DNA from: Nitrosarchaeum sp.
GTDB taxonomy: Archaea > Thermoproteota > Nitrososphaeria > Nitrososphaerales > Nitrosopumilaceae
Direction of reading: 5' to 3'
Assembly (NCBI GenBank): GCA_965223865.1
Contig: OZ245020.1
Span: 1,216,001-1,280,000 of the forward strand
DNA: 64,000 bases
Position 1 is the stretch's first letter. Each line of letters opens with the position of its first letter. Of this stretch, positions 40,377 through 51,786 are shown piece by piece. Under the pieces are notes generated by a model. It was not told the DNA's origin. It saw nothing but the letters and a program-made list of their open reading frames with translations, and did no database searches. Both the position numbers and the translations under genes were made by a program.

Positions 40377-40592
40377 TTAATGACAGGGAAATCCTGCGGC
40401 ATGCCTCATATCATGAGTTAGCTCATGAATGTACAAGTCATCAAAAGCTTGTTCACCATAAACTAGGCTAAAGATATGTCCCTGGTCAAATCCAACAATA
40501 AACAATCCTGCTGCAAAAACTACAGCCAATGCAACGATTGCAATAGTTGGAATGCCTTTCTTTGAGACTGTTATTTGTCTTGATTCAGACAT
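40377..40592 (-). CDS. cbtB: CbtB-family small subunit
   Basis: TM helix then HELTHDMRHAAGFPCH. Confidence 0.92.
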   Translation of the reverse strand: MSESRQITVSKKGIPTIAIVALAVVFAAGLFIVGFDQGHIFSLVYGEQAFDDLYIHELTHDMRHAAGFPCH

Positions 40593-41002
40593 GATGTTGG
40601 CACCAGATGTTTGTATTTAAATTCTTGGACCATTTATCCAATTAATAAATAATAGAAAAGTATTGATGAATATATTTCAGATCTATATTGTAAATTTGAT
40701 CTTTTCTCTTCTAATTATTGGCGATATCTACAAAAAATTGGAACGCTTTTTTCAATTTAATTTTCTGCATTTTAACAATTTTTGATCCATTTATGTAAAA
40801 GTTGTTGATCCAAACTTGTAATAATTTGGGAATTAAGGCACATCAAAAAATAATTTTTTTAACATAAATTGACAATCCCTCTTTTGAACAAACTATCACT
40901 ATTCATATTTTTTGAAAAATTCTGATTTTGTAATAATTAAAAAATTTTATTTTGTTCAAGATTTTTATTGAATTTATATGGAAACACAACAAAGTCAAAT
41001 TT

Positions 41003-41632
41003 GTGAGGAAAAATATTCAAACCTTACAAAATATAGTTTCCAGAAAAGGCTCTAGCAAAATTCTAACATTTAGCATTCCTCATGTTTTCAAGGCATTGCA
41101 ATTATTATCTGATGATAAATTTGTAAGTAGGGCTACATTTAGCAGAGAAATTCATCTAGGTGAAGGAGCAGTTAAAACATTAATTTTACATCTCAAAGAA
41201 GCAGGAATGGTTGATTCTACAAAATCAGGAACGTTTCTAACAGAAAAAGGTCAGCAATTTATTAAACAAATTAAAAAAGTATTACCTAAAGAATGCACTA
41301 TAAAAAAATCTAAGATAATTCAAGGTAAATTTAATCATGCTATATTACTTCGAAAATATTCTCATTTCATTAAAACAGGATTGGAACAGAGAGATTATGC
41401 AATTCTTTATGGCTCATCGGGTTGCACCACAATATTATTCAAAAACAATCAATTTGTCTTTCCAGGAGATGAGAGAGATTGTTTTGTAAATGATATCTCT
41501 ACAAAAAATAAACTTGCAGAAAAATTGTCTCCGCAAGAAAAAGATGTGATAATTATTTCGTCCTCTGATGATCCTTTTGTCGCAGAAATCTCAGCAAAAA
41601 ATTCAGCATTATGGACACTTGCCACAAGTTAA
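41003..41632 (+). CDS. HTH plus DUF4443-type protein
   Basis: LGEGAVKTL HTH; GLEQRDYAI; probable GTG start (ORF from 40952). Confidence 0.8.
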   Translation: MRKNIQTLQNIVSRKGSSKILTFSIPHVFKALQLLSDDKFVSRATFSREIHLGEGAVKTLILHLKEAGMVDSTKSGTFLTEKGQQFIKQIKKVLPKECTIKKSKIIQGKFNHAILLRKYSHFIKTGLEQRDYAILYGSSGCTTILFKNNQFVFPGDERDCFVNDISTKNKLAEKLSPQEKDVIIISSSDDPFVAEISAKNSALWTLATS

Positions 41633-41672
41633 TCTCGATAAACTATTTACTTGAAATAAAAACCGCAATTGC

Positions 41673-42317
41673 ATGGGAAAAATGTATTATTTGTCAATTC
41701 CAATTACTGTTGGAATCTTAGCTGGTGCTTTTTTAGCCTTTTATCCTGAATCTGAGGATGATTCTAAATTACTAACACAATCAAAATTAATTGAAGGAGG
41801 ATCTCCAATACTTGGTGATCCTTCTGCCTCTATTACTGTTTTAGAATGGGGAGATTATCAATGCACATTTTGTTACAAATTCCATGACACAACTCTAAAA
41901 ATAATAGAGGAAGATTACATTAAAACAGGAAAAGTGAAATTGATTTTCAAAGACTTTCCTTTGAATGGTCCTGACTCTGTTTTAGCGTCTGAGGCTTCCT
42001 ATTGTGCACATGATCAAGGAAAATATTGGAAATACCACGATGAACTTTACAAAAACTGGGCAGGAGAGAGAACCGGCTGGATTACCCGAGATTCACTTAA
42101 TTCTTTTGCAACCACTGTAGGTTTGGATTTGAAAACATTCAACAAATGTATTGATGACCATATTTATCAAGATAAAGTAAATCAATTATATGATTTTGGG
42201 CGGGAAGTGGGAATTGATGCCACCCCTTCTTTTTTGATATTTAATGATGAAAAAATAATCAAAGTTCGAGGAAATCAACCTTTGGAAGTATTTCTAAAAA
42301 CTTTTGATGAATTTTAG
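41673..42317 (+). CDS. DsbA-family thiol-disulfide oxidoreductase
   Basis: GDYQCTFC, FKDFPL, ATPSF, GNQP. Confidence 0.93.
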   Translation: MGKMYYLSIPITVGILAGAFLAFYPESEDDSKLLTQSKLIEGGSPILGDPSASITVLEWGDYQCTFCYKFHDTTLKIIEEDYIKTGKVKLIFKDFPLNGPDSVLASEASYCAHDQGKYWKYHDELYKNWAGERTGWITRDSLNSFATTVGLDLKTFNKCIDDHIYQDKVNQLYDFGREVGIDATPSFLIFNDEKIIKVRGNQPLEVFLKTFDEF

Positions 42318-42381
42318 CTTTCAGGTATTTTCAAAATGGTCCAACCAAACTTAATATTCACAATGTCAGGAGAAATTGCAA

Positions 42382-43662
42382 ATGAGTAAGATAAACATAG
42401 AAAAACAAGATTCTGTTAAACTTTACAAAATTAGAAAAATTCTTGATGAACTGTCTCAAAAATCAGGACGAGGAACTGAGCTAATTAGTGTATACATTCC
42501 AAAGGGAAAACAACTTCATGAAATTATTGGTTCACTTCAACAAGAACAAGGAACAGCTGACAACATAAAGTCTGATCTTACTAGAACTCATGTAGTTGAT
42601 TCGCTAGGTAAAGTTGTTCAGCGACTAAAGATGTACAAAAAAACTCCTGAAAGAGGTTTAGTGATGTTTTGTGGAGCACTGCCGCCAGAAGGAGGTGGTC
42701 CTCTTGGAAGTGAAGTTGTCAAGGTATGGGAAATTGATCCTCCAAAAGATTTGAATCAATATCTGTATAGATGCGATGATCACTTTCATGTAGATATTCT
42801 AAAAGATATGCTAAAAGATGACAATCTAATTGGATTTTTAGCCATTGATGCAAAAGATGCGGGATGGGGTTTGCTCCATGGTGATAAGATAGAGGTGTTA
42901 GCTCAGACGGGTTCTGGTGTGGCAGGAAAACACAGACAAGGCGGACAGTCTGCAAAGAGATTCCAAAAACTACGAGAGATGGAGCTATCATACTATTACA
43001 ACAGAGTCGCTGAAACCACAAGAGAATATTTTATCGACATTTATCCTATCAAAGGATTGGTAATTTCAGGTCCAGGTCCAACTAAAGAGGATTTTATGAA
43101 CGGTGGATATCTTGAATATCGTTTACAAAACATGATAATTGCTACAATTGATTCTTCCTATTCAGGAGCAGAGGGAATTAGAGAAGCTTTTTCAAAATCT
43201 TCCGACATTTTATCTGATTTTAGGATGGTAGAAGAAAAGAAACTTGTCGAGGATTTGTTTAGAGAAATTAACGCTCATTCTGGACTTGGAACATATGGTC
43301 TAAAAGATGTAATCGAACTTCTCAAAAATAATGTGGTCAAAACATTGATCATCACTGATGATACAAACATGAATAGAGTTGAAGGCAAATGTAAAAGATG
43401 CCAAAACATTCAAGAAGAAATTGTTGAACGACCTCAAGTTATTCCAACAAAGACAAAATATACCAATAACCCATGTCCTGGCTGCAATTCCATGGAAGTA
43501 GAGGCAAACGAGCAAGATATTGTCGATTATTTAGAATTGCTTGCATCAAAAACCGGAACTCAATTAGAAGTAATTTCAGGTAGAGCAGAGCATGGGTCTA
43601 TGCTGGCAAGTCTTGGCAAGGTTGGTGCAATTCTCCGCTACAATCCAGGACACACTAAATGA
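42382..43662 (+). CDS. prf1: Peptide chain release factor aRF1
   Basis: NIKS, YRCD, GGQS motifs. Confidence 0.98.
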   Translation: MSKINIEKQDSVKLYKIRKILDELSQKSGRGTELISVYIPKGKQLHEIIGSLQQEQGTADNIKSDLTRTHVVDSLGKVVQRLKMYKKTPERGLVMFCGALPPEGGGPLGSEVVKVWEIDPPKDLNQYLYRCDDHFHVDILKDMLKDDNLIGFLAIDAKDAGWGLLHGDKIEVLAQTGSGVAGKHRQGGQSAKRFQKLREMELSYYYNRVAETTREYFIDIYPIKGLVISGPGPTKEDFMNGGYLEYRLQNMIIATIDSSYSGAEGIREAFSKSSDILSDFRMVEEKKLVEDLFREINAHSGLGTYGLKDVIELLKNNVVKTLIITDDTNMNRVEGKCKRCQNIQEEIVERPQVIPTKTKYTNNPCPGCNSMEVEANEQDIVDYLELLASKTGTQLEVISGRAEHGSMLASLGKVGAILRYNPGHTK

Positions 43663-44059
43663 CATCTTTGATTTTTTTTGCAAGACTAGATAATTCATCA
43701 TCATTTGAAATTCCACGTTTTGTCCAGATAGTGCCTCTATGATTGTATCTTGGAATAATATGCACATGAACATGAGGAATTATCTGCTTTGCAGCTCTTC
43801 CGTTATTTTGTCCTAAACTAAAGGCATCAGCTCCTGTTGCTTTTAGAATGGCATTAGCTATTTTTGGAACAATAGTAAAAAGTGCCCCTACAGAATTAGG
43901 ATCCATGTCTGTAATTCTTTCATGATGTTCTTTTGGGATTACCAAGCTGTGGCCCACATCAATCGGGTACTTGTCTAATAGGGCAACATGATGTTCATCT
44001 TCGTAAAGTAAATGACTATTTCTTTTTCCTGATAAAATATCACAAAAGATACAACTCAT
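43655..44059 (-). CDS. HIT family hydrolase
   Basis: CIFC, GHSLVIPK, HVHVHIIPR. Confidence 0.95.
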   Translation of the reverse strand: MSCIFCDILSGKRNSHLLYEDEHHVALLDKYPIDVGHSLVIPKEHHERITDMDPNSVGALFTIVPKIANAILKATGADAFSLGQNNGRAAKQIIPHVHVHIIPRYNHRGTIWTKRGISNDDELSSLAKKIKDVI

Positions 44060-44138
44060 TACCAATCCACAAATTTTGATTTTATTTATTGTTTCATCGA
44101 ACAGTTAATTAGGGTAATTTTAGGAATTTGTTTATCCT

Positions 44139-44735
44139 ATGGGACGAAAAGAGAGACGAGAACGTGAACTAAAACGAGACAATTATGCTTCCAAGCATTC
44201 TGCTCAAAAAAGAAAACAGACACTTATCGCTGTTGGAGTTTTAGGCGTAATTGCAGCCATTGTAGGCTATGCTGGTTACATGTTTGCGACTATGGATCAA
44301 AATGTCCCAGGAAGCCCAGAAGGAGCTGGTGCTCTAGGAAGTGAGCATTCTCATGCATCTATTTTGGTTAAAATATTTGGTGATACGTTTGACTTTTCAG
44401 CACCAGCATATCAAATCAAATCTAGCTGGATTCACTTTGAAGGAAGAGATGGCAGTACCATTCACAAGCATGCCACTGGTGTAAATCTTGGATTTTTGTT
44501 TGAATCATTGGGTTTGGGTCTAGATGATCAATGCTTTGTTTTCCAGGATGGTAGAAGCTTTTGTACGAACGAAGATTATTCTCTAAAGCTCTACATTAAT
44601 GGAGAAAAAGTCAACGACATTAGAGACTATGAAATAGAAGAAGATGATAGAATTTTAATTTCATATGGTGGAGAAACTTCCGAAGAAATTGAAGGTCAGC
44701 TCTTAGAATTGCAAAACCAAGAAATCATCAAATAA
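44139..44735 (+). CDS. Membrane-anchored His-motif hypothetical protein
   Basis: Basic N-terminus, TM helix, HSH, IHFEG..IHKH. Confidence 0.8.
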   Translation: MGRKERRERELKRDNYASKHSAQKRKQTLIAVGVLGVIAAIVGYAGYMFATMDQNVPGSPEGAGALGSEHSHASILVKIFGDTFDFSAPAYQIKSSWIHFEGRDGSTIHKHATGVNLGFLFESLGLGLDDQCFVFQDGRSFCTNEDYSLKLYINGEKVNDIRDYEIEEDDRILISYGGETSEEIEGQLLELQNQEIIK

Positions 44736-44741
44736 TAAATT

Positions 44742-44936
44742 TTATGATTCTTTTGCTGTAAATTTAGCTGATTTATCAAAGAACATGTAATACCCACACT
44801 GAGTGCATTGAAGTACTGTTAAAGGAGTTGTTAGAAATTCTTTATCTTCAAACCTGCCACTCAGCTTGACATTTTCACCTGCAATCTCTGCTTTATTTCC
44901 CTGACATATGGGACAACTAAGAGCTCTTTGTTCCAT
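44742..44936 (-). CDS. Zinc-ribbon protein
   Basis: CPIC...CTQCGYYMFF. Confidence 0.75.
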   Translation of the reverse strand: MEQRALSCPICQGNKAEIAGENVKLSGRFEDKEFLTTPLTVLQCTQCGYYMFFDKSAKFTAKES

Positions 44937-45039
44937 GATTAAATAAAAAATTATTTGAATTTAAACACTTTATGATTGTACAAAATAAAATGAGAAATTC
45001 AACAAAGTCTAAATTATAGCAATTTTGAATTTACTCATA

Positions 45040-46713
45040 ATGGAAATTTCTAGTAGGAATGTTGTTGAAGGTACTGCTCGTGCCCCACACAGAGCAATGT
45101 ACAAAGCTATGGGATTAACAGATAATGATTTAGACAAACCATTCATTGGAGTTTGCCATACAGGAAATGAAGCTACTCCCTGCAACATTCATCTTCCAAG
45201 ATTGGCTCTAAAGGCAAAAGAAGGAGTAATTGATGGTGGTGCCACTCCAAGAGAATTTTCAACTATTGCTGTAAGTGATGGAATTGCAATGGGTCATGAA
45301 GGAATGAAATCTTCTTTAATATCTCGTGAAGTAATTGCAGACTCTATTGAACTAATGGTGCGTGCTCATCAATATGATGCACTTGTTGGAATTGCAGGCT
45401 GTGACAAAAGTTTACCTGGTACAATGATGGCTATGGCACGATTAAACTTACCATCCGTTTTTGTATATGGTGGAACAATAATGCCTGGAATACTTGATGG
45501 TAAGGAATTGACAGTAGTTGATGTCTATGAAGCCGTTGGAGCATATGATGCGGGTCAACTATCCTTAGAATCTCTTAAGAACATTGAAAACACAGCCTGT
45601 CCAAATGCTGGTTCTTGTGGCGGAATGTTTACTGCAAATACAATGGCATCAATTTCAGAGGCTATAGGACTTGCCTTACCTGGTAGTGCCAGTCCTCCAG
45701 CAGAGGATGACCGAAGAGAAAAGATTGTTTATGATACGGGAGTGGCGTGTGCAAAACTATTAGAACAAAACATTAAACCTAGAGAAATTTTGACATTTGA
45801 GGCATTTGAAAATGCCATCACCATGTTAAATGCAGTTGGTGGTTCTACAAATGGAATTTTACACCTATTAGCATTATCAAATGAAGTAGGTATCAAATTA
45901 ACCTATGATGATTTTGAGAGAGTTAGGAAAAAGACCCCCCATTTGGCTGATATGAAACCTGGCGGAAGTTATGTTATGAACTCACTTGACAAAATTGGAG
46001 GAATTCCATTTGTTCTGAAAAAACTTGCACAAAAGGGATTGATTCATAATGATTGCATTACAGTTACTGGGAACACAATAAAAGAAAATCTTGATTCTAT
46101 TAACATTCCAGAACCAGAACAACAAATTGTAAAATCTGTTGATAATCCAATACACTCAGTAGGTACTGCAGTAATTTTGAAAGGGAGTCTTGCACCTGAT
46201 GGAGCCGTAATCAAAACTGCAGGTGTAGAGATGACAAAGTTCACAGGCAAAGCTCGTGTCTTTGATAGAGAAGAATATGCATTTGATGCAGTATCCAAAG
46301 GAGAAATTGATGAGGGTCATGTTGTAGTAATCAGATATGAGGGACCAAAAGGAGGTCCAGGAATGAGAGAGATGCTTGCAACTACTGCAGCACTTGTAGG
46401 GCAAGGCTTGGGCAAAAAAGTAGCAATGGTTACAGATGGAAGATTCTCAGGTGGAACTCGTGGATTTATGGTCGGACATGTTGCACCTGAAGCATATGTA
46501 GGTGGACCAATAGCACTAGTAAAAGACGATGATGAAATCACTATAGATACTGAAACCAATCTTATTGATCTTCATGTTTCTTCTGAAGAGTTAGAAAATA
46601 GAAAAAAACAGTGGACTCCTCCAAAACCAAACTATACTACGGGGGCTTTAGCAAAGTTTGCAACACTGGTAGGATCTGCTGCAGAAGGTGCAATAACTAG
46701 ACCTAATCTATAA
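45040..46713 (+). CDS. ilvD: Dihydroxy-acid dehydratase
   Basis: [37 protein letters not shown]. Confidence 0.98.
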   Translation: MEISSRNVVEGTARAPHRAMYKAMGLTDNDLDKPFIGVCHTGNEATPCNIHLPRLALKAKEGVIDGGATPREFSTIAVSDGIAMGHEGMKSSLISREVIADSIELMVRAHQYDALVGIAGCDKSLPGTMMAMARLNLPSVFVYGGTIMPGILDGKELTVVDVYEAVGAYDAGQLSLESLKNIENTACPNAGSCGGMFTANTMASISEAIGLALPGSASPPAEDDRREKIVYDTGVACAKLLEQNIKPREILTFEAFENAITMLNAVGGSTNGILHLLALSNEVGIKLTYDDFERVRKKTPHLADMKPGGSYVMNSLDKIGGIPFVLKKLAQKGLIHNDCITVTGNTIKENLDSINIPEPEQQIVKSVDNPIHSVGTAVILKGSLAPDGAVIKTAGVEMTKFTGKARVFDREEYAFDAVSKGEIDEGHVVVIRYEGPKGGPGMREMLATTAALVGQGLGKKVAMVTDGRFSGGTRGFMVGHVAPEAYVGGPIALVKDDDEITIDTETNLIDLHVSSEELENRKKQWTPPKPNYTTGALAKFATLVGSAAEGAITRPNL

Positions 46714-47265
46714 TGATTTGAATAATTTTTCCCAATCTATTTTTTCTTGTTCTTCAACATAGATTTTTAACAATGTTTTCCAAGCTTTTTGAAAATCTTT
46801 TGCAAACCTGTTAAAATCTATAGTATTTGACAAAGGTATGTTATTTTTTGGATTATAATTTACTTCATTTAGTGATATGCAATGTACCGCATCATTTCTT
46901 ACTTCAAATAGACGTGACATGTCTCTTGTAAACTCGGGTCCAAAAACCTTCCAATCAAGAAATGTTCGAATTTTTCGATTAATTGGGACAAGATTTAACA
47001 AATAAAGCAATTCCTTACTATTGCTGCTATTAGAGTACTGTACAATTCTTAATCGAATTATTTCATCAAACAAAAAAGCCATTTTTGAAAATGCTGATAA
47101 AACACTATCTCTATTTCTTGCAATAGATATTTTGGAGTTAAACCCTCTTTTTAAAACTCCTTCATTAATAAAATAATGAGTATTCTTATCTATTAGATAC
47201 AATCGAATTTCTGAAGGTAATTTTTTCTTACCTTTGATATTTGCTAAAAACTTTGAGGCATTCAC
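46708..47265 (-). CDS. Hypothetical protein with HEPN-like R-x4-H motif
   Basis: RNDAVH in a helical context. Confidence 0.65.
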   Translation of the reverse strand: MNASKFLANIKGKKKLPSEIRLYLIDKNTHYFINEGVLKRGFNSKISIARNRDSVLSAFSKMAFLFDEIIRLRIVQYSNSSNSKELLYLLNLVPINRKIRTFLDWKVFGPEFTRDMSRLFEVRNDAVHCISLNEVNYNPKNNIPLSNTIDFNRFAKDFQKAWKTLLKIYVEEQEKIDWEKLFKSL

Positions 47266-47403
47266 ATACCAACAAAGAAACCATGATCAATTAAGGATTT
47301 GGAAGATTTTCAGAAAAAATTTCTCTGTTATTCTCCTTTAGTTCCACAATAAAAACCACTGAAACAATAGAAAAAAATCATGAATTACATTAAAAAAACA
47401 AAT

Positions 47404-49077
47404 CTATTGGTCTTCTAGTCCTAAAATATCATAGTATGCTCTTGGTATCATTCTCTGAGCCTTGAAAAAGACGTTATTTACGGCAGTATCTAGAACATAA
47501 GTTCTTGCCCAGTCTGTCTCACTTCTAATGGAACGTCCAAAACCTTGTAGAAGTTTTATCAGAGTTTGCGATGTATACCATAATGGAAATTTGTCCATTT
47601 TAGCCTTGGTTCTTTTTTCCTTATAGTTTGGATATGGAACTTTGGCAATTATCTGGAATCTTGATAAATCATCTTTGAGATCCACTCCCTCCCACAATGA
47701 AGAAGAAAGTAAAACTCCTCTCTGATCTGATACATGCTCAGAAATTATCTCGTCTTGAGTTTTTCCATCTTTGTTTTTACTGTGGCAAATTCTTACACGT
47801 CTAGCATTTTTTGGTGAAAGATGTCTTAGTATTTTTTGACAACGTGGAACAGAGGATGTCAATATTAGTCCTCGTTCATTTGAATGCTCATCAAGAATTC
47901 TATCAATTGTTTTGATTACTTCAAGTTCATCTTCTTCGGTGGAACCATAACTTAGACGTCGAATATTTAGAAGTTCGATTCTTCTGTTTTCAATTGGGAA
48001 TGGGGATTTTGGGGTGTCCACAAATGCAATTTGCTCTTTATCTAGACCCATATTTTCACAGAAACTATGTTTGTCAATTGTTGCAGACATGAAGATTTGG
48101 TATTCAGTGTCAAAAAAAGAATTTGCGAATTTTGAAACATCTACGGGTTTTATAGAGATAGTTCTAAAATTTCCATTAAAATCTTGTATGGGATCATTTA
48201 CAACAAAGTTTTCTTTATCACTTAGAATGTCGATTTTAGCTTGAGCTGTTCTATCATATCTTCGCTCAAGCCGTGTAATTAATTCATAATCAGGATTGTT
48301 TTGATAAGAATCACTTTCTTTTAGTTCTTTGATTTTTTTTGCATAAGAATATGCAATGTCATCAGTCAATTGAATCATAGAATCTAAATCTGAAAAATCA
48401 TATCTTTTAGAATCCAGATTGCATTCTTCAATTTGACCACTAAAAATATCAAAACCAATAAACTGCATTATTTGGTCTTCAATTTTATGAGCCTCATCAA
48501 ATATTGAGACTTTTCTGTCCAAATAATCTTCAAAGAGTTTTTTATTAAATTTCATAATTTGAAAGTAAGCGTGATAATTCCACAAAGAGTGTTTTGATAC
48601 TAATGCATCATATTTCTGCTGATAATACTGACAAGTCTCTACGTCTTCAGTATGTTCTTCAACTTGTTTTATTGATGGCTTGAACTTACAAACCTCGACT
48701 ATTTCTTTTCCATCTTTGACTACTTTTTCTTGGCATTGTCCTTTATCACAGGTTAACCCCCATCTCATAGCTCTTCTAGTGTTTTCAACTTTTTCTGATT
48801 GCATTAATTTCAAACATGGAAAATTTTGCTTTCCTTTTACTGGTTTGAGAAATGGTATGTCTTTGATGTATTGATCCTGTAGATGCTTAGATGCAGTTAC
48901 TGTAAATGAACTATCAAAAAATCTTGAAACTGTTGCTCCTACTAGTGATTTTCCTACACCTGTAGGTGCACAGAGAATTATTTTTTTATATCCAGAGTCT
49001 AGTTTTTCTTCAATTTCAGAGATTATTTCTTTTTGGATTTCTCTTGGTAAAAATTGATCAGGAAATTTTTCTAACAA
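47404..49077 (-). CDS. DinG/Rad3-family SF2 helicase
   Basis: APTGVGKS, Cys cluster, DEAH, WEGVD, QGFGRSIRS. Confidence 0.93.
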   Translation of the reverse strand: MLEKFPDQFLPREIQKEIISEIEEKLDSGYKKIILCAPTGVGKSLVGATVSRFFDSSFTVTASKHLQDQYIKDIPFLKPVKGKQNFPCLKLMQSEKVENTRRAMRWGLTCDKGQCQEKVVKDGKEIVEVCKFKPSIKQVEEHTEDVETCQYYQQKYDALVSKHSLWNYHAYFQIMKFNKKLFEDYLDRKVSIFDEAHKIEDQIMQFIGFDIFSGQIEECNLDSKRYDFSDLDSMIQLTDDIAYSYAKKIKELKESDSYQNNPDYELITRLERRYDRTAQAKIDILSDKENFVVNDPIQDFNGNFRTISIKPVDVSKFANSFFDTEYQIFMSATIDKHSFCENMGLDKEQIAFVDTPKSPFPIENRRIELLNIRRLSYGSTEEDELEVIKTIDRILDEHSNERGLILTSSVPRCQKILRHLSPKNARRVRICHSKNKDGKTQDEIISEHVSDQRGVLLSSSLWEGVDLKDDLSRFQIIAKVPYPNYKEKRTKAKMDKFPLWYTSQTLIKLLQGFGRSIRSETDWARTYVLDTAVNNVFFKAQRMIPRAYYDILGLEDQ

Positions 49078-49182
49078 AGACAGGTTTGTTCCTCTTTTTT
49101 ATCAATATTAAAAGCATGAAGATTCTTGTAATATCTAATAATTTGTAATCTAGTTTAATATCTAGTAGATCTAAGATAGATC

Positions 49183-49500
49183 ATGGAATTATTAGACGAT
49201 AAAATGAGAGTATGGCTTCAGAGTGCAAAGTTTGTAAAACCAAATTCGGCAGTATATGTTTTGTATAATAGAAATAACGAAGTGATCTACATTGGTGAGA
49301 GTAGTAACTTAGAACAGACATTTACAAAATATGTTGATGAAAATTTTGATGAAAATGAATGCATGCAAAAAACCCAGTCATACCAAAGAGAATTTACCGA
49401 AAACCCAAAAGAAAGACAATTACAACTAATTGAAGAATTTAAGAGTCAAATGGGAAAACTTCCTTCCTGCAATTCTGAAATTGAATTAGAGACGCATTAG
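49183..49500 (+). CDS. GIY-YIG-like domain protein
   Basis: SAVYVL...IYIGES.NL, GKLPSCN. Confidence 0.8.
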   Translation: MELLDDKMRVWLQSAKFVKPNSAVYVLYNRNNEVIYIGESSNLEQTFTKYVDENFDENECMQKTQSYQREFTENPKERQLQLIEEFKSQMGKLPSCNSEIELETH

Positions 49501-49571
49501 GTGCCTATTTATAAAAAGATGAGTGCATTGTATTCCTACTAGATTAATATAAAAAATCTCACATTATTACC

Positions 49572-49814
49572 ATGTCAAATGCAATGGTTTATGCCGGAAT
49601 TGCAATAGGTGTGGCTGCAATTGCAGCTGCAGTTGTTTACGGCACAGACAACCAACAAAACTACATCCGTGAGGATGCCGTGTTATCTTCTGCAGCAGAG
49701 GAGGGATCCTTTACCCCTGAATCAGGAATGGGTCCAGTTATGAATAAAGAGCAATGGCACGAAGATCCATTTGGAGATATAGCTGATAAAGTAAGAGCAA
49801 ATGCTGGGCAATAG
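49572..49814 (+). CDS. Small membrane-anchored protein
   Basis: N-terminal TM helix; TTAATATA upstream. Confidence 0.7.
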   Translation: MSNAMVYAGIAIGVAAIAAAVVYGTDNQQNYIREDAVLSSAAEEGSFTPESGMGPVMNKEQWHEDPFGDIADKVRANAGQ

Positions 49815-49910
49815 CGTCCACCATTATCATATTTTTTATTTTTAAGGAATTTTCAAAAATACCTGCATTGTTAGGGAAACCAATTAATCTAAGATGGCCG
49901 TACTTCAGTA

Positions 49911-50039
49911 ATGCACCAGTGCTACTATTGTGAACAAATTTTTGATACAAAAGAGCAGTTGTATGACCACGTTGAAATTCATTCTGACATTGAAAGAAAT
50001 AAAGAAATCATGGACAGAAAGAAGGCAAAAAAAGAATAA
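49911..50039 (+). CDS. C2H2 zinc-finger microprotein (42 aa)
   Basis: HQCYYCEQIFDTKEQLYDHVEIH, canonical C-x2-C-x12-H-x3-H with F and L core. Confidence 0.75.
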   Translation: MHQCYYCEQIFDTKEQLYDHVEIHSDIERNKEIMDRKKAKKE

Positions 50040-50139
50040 TCTCATAAATTCCTTTTCATATTGTTACACAAGAAAATTATCGTAAAGGTTGAAAATTTCC
50101 CATTTATGAGTAGAAATAACAATTCAGATTCATAACAAT

Positions 50140-50394
50140 ATGGGATGGGTTGATACCTTACTTAAAAAATCATATGATAATACTTTAACAAAAAGCGAGG
50201 TTTTACACAGTTTATTTCACATGATTGAAATAAATGAAAATACTCTAAATCAAATTGAATCAGATAATAGAGATTTTGGACCCGAACTAGAACAATTAAA
50301 GAAAACAGAAATCAATGACTTGGAATTTCATTTAAAATATTACCGAAGCCTTGTAAATTACATCTCACTTATGCCTAAAAATAAAATTTCATGA
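50140..50394 (+). CDS. Hypothetical protein
   Basis: 84 aa ORF. Confidence 0.65.
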   Translation: MGWVDTLLKKSYDNTLTKSEVLHSLFHMIEINENTLNQIESDNRDFGPELEQLKKTEINDLEFHLKYYRSLVNYISLMPKNKIS

Positions 50395-50461
50395 TAAAAT
50401 ATTTGAAAACATTTCCATGTAACCGAAAAAATAATCCAACATGTGTATTTGAAAACAGAAA

Positions 50462-50998
50462 TTATTTTCGTAGTTGGTTGAATTTCTTATCATATTCTTT
50501 TTGTTTTTCTATAATTTGACCATAATTAGTTTGAAAGTCGTAATTCTGCTGGTTTTCATTTAGGTGGTTTTGCCATTTTTCAAGTTCCGTTGCAATAATT
50601 TTGGCAGAATCTTCTCGAGCAAACTGTTTTCTTTGTTCTTCATTTTGTCCTCTCGTTAAATACCATTTATTCTCAACAACATTTTCGATGTTTTTTGTTA
50701 CTTCCTCTCGCAGTAATTCAGCAAGATCAAAATGACCCTGTTGATGATTTAATAAATTTGGAGTAGCCACCTGATGTCTTACCCACGATAGATGTTTGTG
50801 AAATTCAGAGAATACATGAATATTTTCGATAGCAAATTTAATTTCACTTCCAAAACTTTCGGATTTGACAGTCCATGTGCATCTATATTTTATTACACTA
50901 GATGCATCTTCAAATACTGCAGGGTTTGGCTCTGCTTTAAAATCAGACCAAACTAAAAGATAATCTTTTGACCAAGGAAGAATATTTTGTTCATTCAT
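50462..50998 (-). CDS. DUF922-like zincin-fold protein
   Basis: LVWSDFK, SWV, LLNHQQGHFDLAE, YD..TNYG. Confidence 0.8.
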   Translation of the reverse strand: MNEQNILPWSKDYLLVWSDFKAEPNPAVFEDASSVIKYRCTWTVKSESFGSEIKFAIENIHVFSEFHKHLSWVRHQVATPNLLNHQQGHFDLAELLREEVTKNIENVVENKWYLTRGQNEEQRKQFAREDSAKIIATELEKWQNHLNENQQNYDFQTNYGQIIEKQKEYDKKFNQLRK

Positions 50999-51307
50999 AT
51001 TATTTCTAAAAAATTTAAGAATAAAATTATTGGGGTCTTAAATTAAACCTAAATTTGAGCAATCTAAATTTATTAAAAAAATTTGCATGCATGAATTTTT
51101 GATTTTGGAATATCTTGACTTGTGTTATTTTGTTGAATTTTGTGTATGGGTGGGTTCATACATTACAAACCCTTGTCCACACATACACACATTTACCACG
51201 GCATTTGTCCTGTTTAATGATTATGGATATACTTTAGCAGCAAAAATAATTCTGCAAGAATTGTTTAAACAAAAGGATAAAAAATTCTACCAATAAATTT
51301 GCAAAAA

Positions 51308-51508
51308 CTATTCTCGTTTACCGTCTCTGCCACTATATTTTCCGGCAATTTGAGGCGTATCAAACCCTAGCCAAAAACCAGATGGATTTAGATTTTCATG
51401 AAATTTTTCATGTTCTACAAGTTCAGTATCTCCCCAATTGCCATCATAAAGAAATCTGCAATACTCTACCTTGCCATTTTTTCTTATGCCTTTGCAGATT
51501 ATTATCAA
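51308..51508 (-). CDS. Hypothetical small Cys/His protein
   Basis: C..C..HEKFH pattern. Confidence 0.6.
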   Translation of the reverse strand: MIIICKGIRKNGKVEYCRFLYDGNWGDTELVEHEKFHENLNPSGFWLGFDTPQIAGKYSGRDGKRE

Positions 51509-51786
51509 GAATGTATTGTTCCAAATGGCAGTTCAAAAATATTTTGGTGTAAATACAGTATTTGATGGGATGAATTGCAGGAATTTTAAATCCTCTTACA
51601 CATAGAACAACTCTCAAATGTTATTGGTTGCCTGAGAATTCAAGATTTGTTTATTTTACGAATTCCATATTAATTTGATAAATTCAGGCTCATAATTTAA
51701 AATGGATAAATTTTTCAAACCATTTTGATCAAATATAAAGACATGTTCAATTTTAAGAATTTTTCAAAAGTTAAACTATAAAAATA

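Noticed and set aside
40593-40950. Cobalamin riboswitch upstream of cbtBA
   Set aside because: The region is very AT-rich with no B12-box, and a TATA box sits about 20-30 nt from the start
43385-43490. CKRC...CPGC zinc insertion in aRF1
   Set aside because: A known feature of some archaeal aRF1 proteins
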